DNA from: Treponemataceae bacterium
GTDB lineage: Bacteria > Spirochaetota > Spirochaetia > Treponematales > Rectinemataceae
Length of the DNA: 64,000 nt
Direction of reading: 5' to 3'
Assembly (NCBI GenBank): GCA_963678065.2
Contig: CAXXVZ010000005.1
Coordinates: forward strand, 736,001 to 800,000
Shown: one piece after another, positions 61,513 to 64,000 of the stretch
Position numbering within the stretch: position 1 is the stretch's first letter
Layout: each line of letters begins with the position of its first letter
Program-made: the position numbers and the translations under genes
Notes under the pieces: generated by a model
Databases searched by the model: none
What the model was told of the DNA's origin: nothing
What the model saw: the letters and a program-made list of their open reading frames with translations, nothing else

Positions 61513-62981
61513 GACACGGTCTCCGAGTTGCTCATGAGGGCGCGATCGTAGGCTCCGAGGTCGGGTCCCTCGGAGGGAATGCCGTGAAGCCCATCAAAGG
61601 CGACCCTGGAAGCAACCGCGCTAAGGCTGAAACTGTCCAGCCGGCCTCGGGCAATCGCTTCCTCAAGCGAGGTCATGGCGACGTCGAACCCAAAGGTCGT
61701 ACTGCTTTTCACCAGGACTTTCAGCACATTGCGCAGATCAGGCTTTGAGAGTTCGTCCATCGCGACTCGTATGGTATCGTCAACGCCTGCCCTAAAGGCG
61801 CTATTGATCCATGCGCCAGGCTTCTTCATGAGGGTTTCAAGGCTTGTTCGGTAATCGCAGCTGTCGCTCCGCTCGTCGCCATAGACTCTTCGGTGGACAC
61901 ACAACGGGGTTCCTTCGCTGCGGTACACGACGAGTTCATGCGCCTTGAGCCCTACGGTCACTTCGCTGTTCCCGCATTCGGGAGCGCTTGAATACCAATG
62001 CTTTCCGTCAATGCAGAACTTTCCGTAGCCATCCGTGGATACTCGCTCGAAACGCTCGACGATGAAGCTTCGCACCGGCAAAAGCCCTAAAGACTGCCGC
62101 TCCTCTTCGAACAACTCGGCAATATTCTGATTTTTCTTGTAATGCGATCGGTCATGATCTTTCGCCGCTTTTTCGAGCAATTCCTTGTTCCAAGACTCGA
62201 GGCTGTCCACAACCGGCAGAGGAACGAAGAAGTTCCTTCTCGCATAGCCGATCTTGTTTTCGACATTCCCTTTCTCATGGCCTGAAGCAGGGTTGCAGAA
62301 GCTGACCGCAAAGCCATAGTGGCATTTGAACCGAAGGAAAAGCTGGCTCAAGGTGACACGGTCGCGGACCCGTCTGCCTACGCCCGTTGCGTTGTCGAAC
62401 ACGATCCTGGCGGGAACGCCACCTATGTGGCTGAATATATCTTTGAGCCCCTGGGAAACACATTCGGCCGTCTCGCCGCTGAAACACTGCGTAAAGCCCG
62501 CATTGCTGAAGGGAAAGGTCAAGGTCAGGTATTTGACGGTCCTTCGAACGCCGGCCTCGATCAGTTCTGCCTCTCCGAAATCGGCCTGCGCCTCGCCTTT
62601 CGACCAGACGAGCTCAAGAAACCCCTCCGCTTCTTTCCTGGCCGCTTTCCGCCGTTTGACATAGCGCTGGACCAAAGGATATGAGCAGTCGTAGTCGTCG
62701 GGGTGTTCTTCCAGAAGCCTTGTATGGATCCTCATGGCCCTATGGCGCTGCTTGAAACGCATCTTCAGGTCTTCGGCAAGCCATTGATCGATGGTTGGCT
62801 TCCATCGATCAAGTTTCGAGGGAAGCTCGCGGGGCACTTCGGTAGAGGCGTTGAAGTCCTCCTGCTTCATATACTTCGCTGTTGTTTTTCGATCGATTCC
62901 CAGCCGTTCAGCGATCTCGCAGGGACCATAGCCCTGCCTTTGCAAATCTTTGACGTGATCAATCTGGTTCATGTGGAGCAT
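61509..62981 (-). CDS. istA: IstA transposase
   Basis: AQADFG, FDNAT, EKGNVE. Confidence 0.92.
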   Translation of the reverse strand: MLHMNQIDHVKDLQRQGYGPCEIAERLGIDRKTTAKYMKQEDFNASTEVPRELPSKLDRWKPTIDQWLAEDLKMRFKQRHRAMRIHTRLLEEHPDDYDCSYPLVQRYVKRRKAARKEAEGFLELVWSKGEAQADFGEAELIEAGVRRTVKYLTLTFPFSNAGFTQCFSGETAECVSQGLKDIFSHIGGVPARIVFDNATGVGRRVRDRVTLSQLFLRFKCHYGFAVSFCNPASGHEKGNVENKIGYARRNFFVPLPVVDSLESWNKELLEKAAKDHDRSHYKKNQNIAELFEEERQSLGLLPVRSFIVERFERVSTDGYGKFCIDGKHWYSSAPECGNSEVTVGLKAHELVVYRSEGTPLCVHRRVYGDERSDSCDYRTSLETLMKKPGAWINSAFRAGVDDTIRVAMDELSKPDLRNVLKVLVKSSTTFGFDVAMTSLEEAIARGRLDSFSLSAVASRVAFDGLHGIPSEGPDLGAYDRALMSNSETVS

Positions 62982-63146
62982 TCCCTCCTCCCTGCTGGAT
63001 AAATCCTACAGGGTTTTCATCGCCACTTCCTCCCCACGATTTTTATGGGGAATTCTGACGATTTTTCTGTCCATTCCAGTTTGATCTTTTCGGGTATTTC
63101 TAGATTACGCTACACAAGCCTGCGACCGATGAGCGTGAACAGCGCT

Positions 63147-63278
63147 GTTAGTTGCAGTCGTGACCTTCGAGCGCGCTTGGATGGGGAGACTTGTCTCCCC
63201 ATCCAATGCTATATCTTGCGCGCGTTCTTCTCTTCCTCTTCTCTTACCCTTATTTTTTTTTTCACGATTGCAACTAAC
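63147..63278. repeat. ORF-less structured cassette, copy 5
   Basis: 132 bp. Confidence 0.9.
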
Positions 63279-63412
63279 GTTCGCCTGCCTACGACGTTGT
63301 GGCGAGCATCGGCGAGCCACAATGTGCCTGAGCGGAACGAGCGCATGCGAGTGAAACGAAGGCCGAAGAAGGAGCCGCAGGCGACTGATGAGCGTGGGCA
63401 GTGCTGTTAGGC
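63272..63412 (-). repeat. attC site, subtype A
   Basis: Consensus repeat. Confidence 0.85.
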
Positions 63413-63482
63413 GAAGTATTGATTCCGTACTTTTTCAAATATCTTCGCGCCGAACGGCTGGAAGCCGAGGCGCGAAGATTCA

Positions 63483-64000
63483 TTATTTCATTAACCAATC
63501 ATTTAATTCTTTGATAAATTGCTTCATCGCTTCATCATCAAATGCAGGTGTATGCCCCATAGTATCTATGTACCTATATTCAAAGTTCGTGTTTTGTATA
63601 TTTTTTTGAAGATATTCTACAGACTCTACTGGACTGCTCCAATCAAGTCTACCTTGGTAAAACAGTACTGGAATTTTTATCGCTGAATAATACTCATATG
63701 GTCTATATTTAAAAAAACTGTTCCATCGTAAATATGACCATCCCATATATTGCTTTTCAATGGATTCTGGATAAGTGTTAATTTCGTTTACTATTTCATC
63801 GACTTTTTTGCATTCATCCCTATAATTCTCAGGCATTTCGATACTTGATTTTGCCAATATTCTAAAGCATTCGTATTGATCGAGCCCACCAGCTCCAATC
63901 ACTATTGCCTTTTTAATTCTATCTCTTTGGTTGAGTTCAGCATATACTTTTGGTAACAGTAAACCGCCTTCCGATGCCCCTATTATATAAACATTCTCAT
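63483..64000 (-). CDS. Alpha/beta hydrolase (5' end outside the window)
   Basis: IGASEGG nucleophile elbow near 63970; G.LD and GH catalytic motifs. Confidence 0.75.
   Translation of the reverse strand, partial: ENVYIIGASEGGLLLPKVYAELNQRDRIKKAIVIGAGGLDQYECFRILAKSSIEMPENYRDECKKVDEIVNEINTYPESIEKQYMGWSYLRWNSFFKYRPYEYYSAIKIPVLFYQGRLDWSSPVESVEYLQKNIQNTNFEYRYIDTMGHTPAFDDEAMKQFIKELNDWLMK

Larger units (their letters stand above)
60684..63116 (-). mobile_element. Second, distinct IS21-family element
   Basis: TGTGT..ACACA ends with GAAATACCCGAAAA IR; flanks AGCCTGCA/AGCCTGCG. Confidence 0.9.
60573..63153 (-). repeat. attC subtype C split by IS21
   Basis: Halves 60573-60683 and 63117-63153 rejoin into a complete subtype C site. 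Confidence 0.82.
18679..63412 (-). other. Integron-like gene cassette array (about 31 native attC-type sites plus 1 foreign attC); integrase not in window
   Basis: Recurrent ~140 bp repeats bounded by ..TAAC/GTTA.. separate 1-3 gene AT-rich units; stop codons overlap the TAAC box at 30982, 44022 and 44937. Confidence 0.92.

Noticed and set aside
28240..63410. Recurrent short ORFs such as MCLSG.., MWLADARHNVVGRR.. and ..LTFACLRRCGEHRR..
   Set aside because: They are translations of the attC repeat and the empty cassette, in varying frames with indels.
18679..63412. CRISPR array interpretation of the repeats
   Set aside because: Repeats are ~140 bp and separated by gene-sized units; no cas genes are present.

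Overview
The window has two parts. Positions 1-~16,000 are GC-rich core chromosome of a probable spirochaete. They carry hydrogenase-associated regulatory genes, recR-ybaB-dnaX, SRP RNA, four tRNA-Ser plus tRNA-Arg(GCG), dusB, tatD, lptBAC, pyrG and rsmG. Positions ~16,100-64,000 are the distal part of a large integron-like cassette array: about 31 conserved ~135-145 bp attC-type repeats separate AT-rich cassettes that mostly read on the minus strand. No integrase is in the window; it is expected beyond 64,000. Cargo includes 11 toxin-antitoxin pairs, Fic, a BsuBI/PstI-like R-M pair, an ANT(6)-like gene, GNATs and methyltransferases. The array has been invaded by IS1182, IS1634, IS21 (x3), ISL3, ISAzo13, two identical 1.4 kb IS copies, a MITE and an RmInt1-like group II intron. 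Four observations stand out. (1) In 28 of 29 complete inter-attC intervals the two cassette ends form a cassette-specific inverted repeat of ~17-23 nt, well beyond the 7-bp core, with a mismatch at positions 10-11. (2) A structured, ORF-less 132-bp cassette with its own attC subtype occurs five times. (3) A foreign cassette is nested inside a carrier cassette at an internal attI-like site. (4) Three IS21 insertions hit the same sub-region of attC. All product calls rest on recognising motifs by eye, not on database searches.
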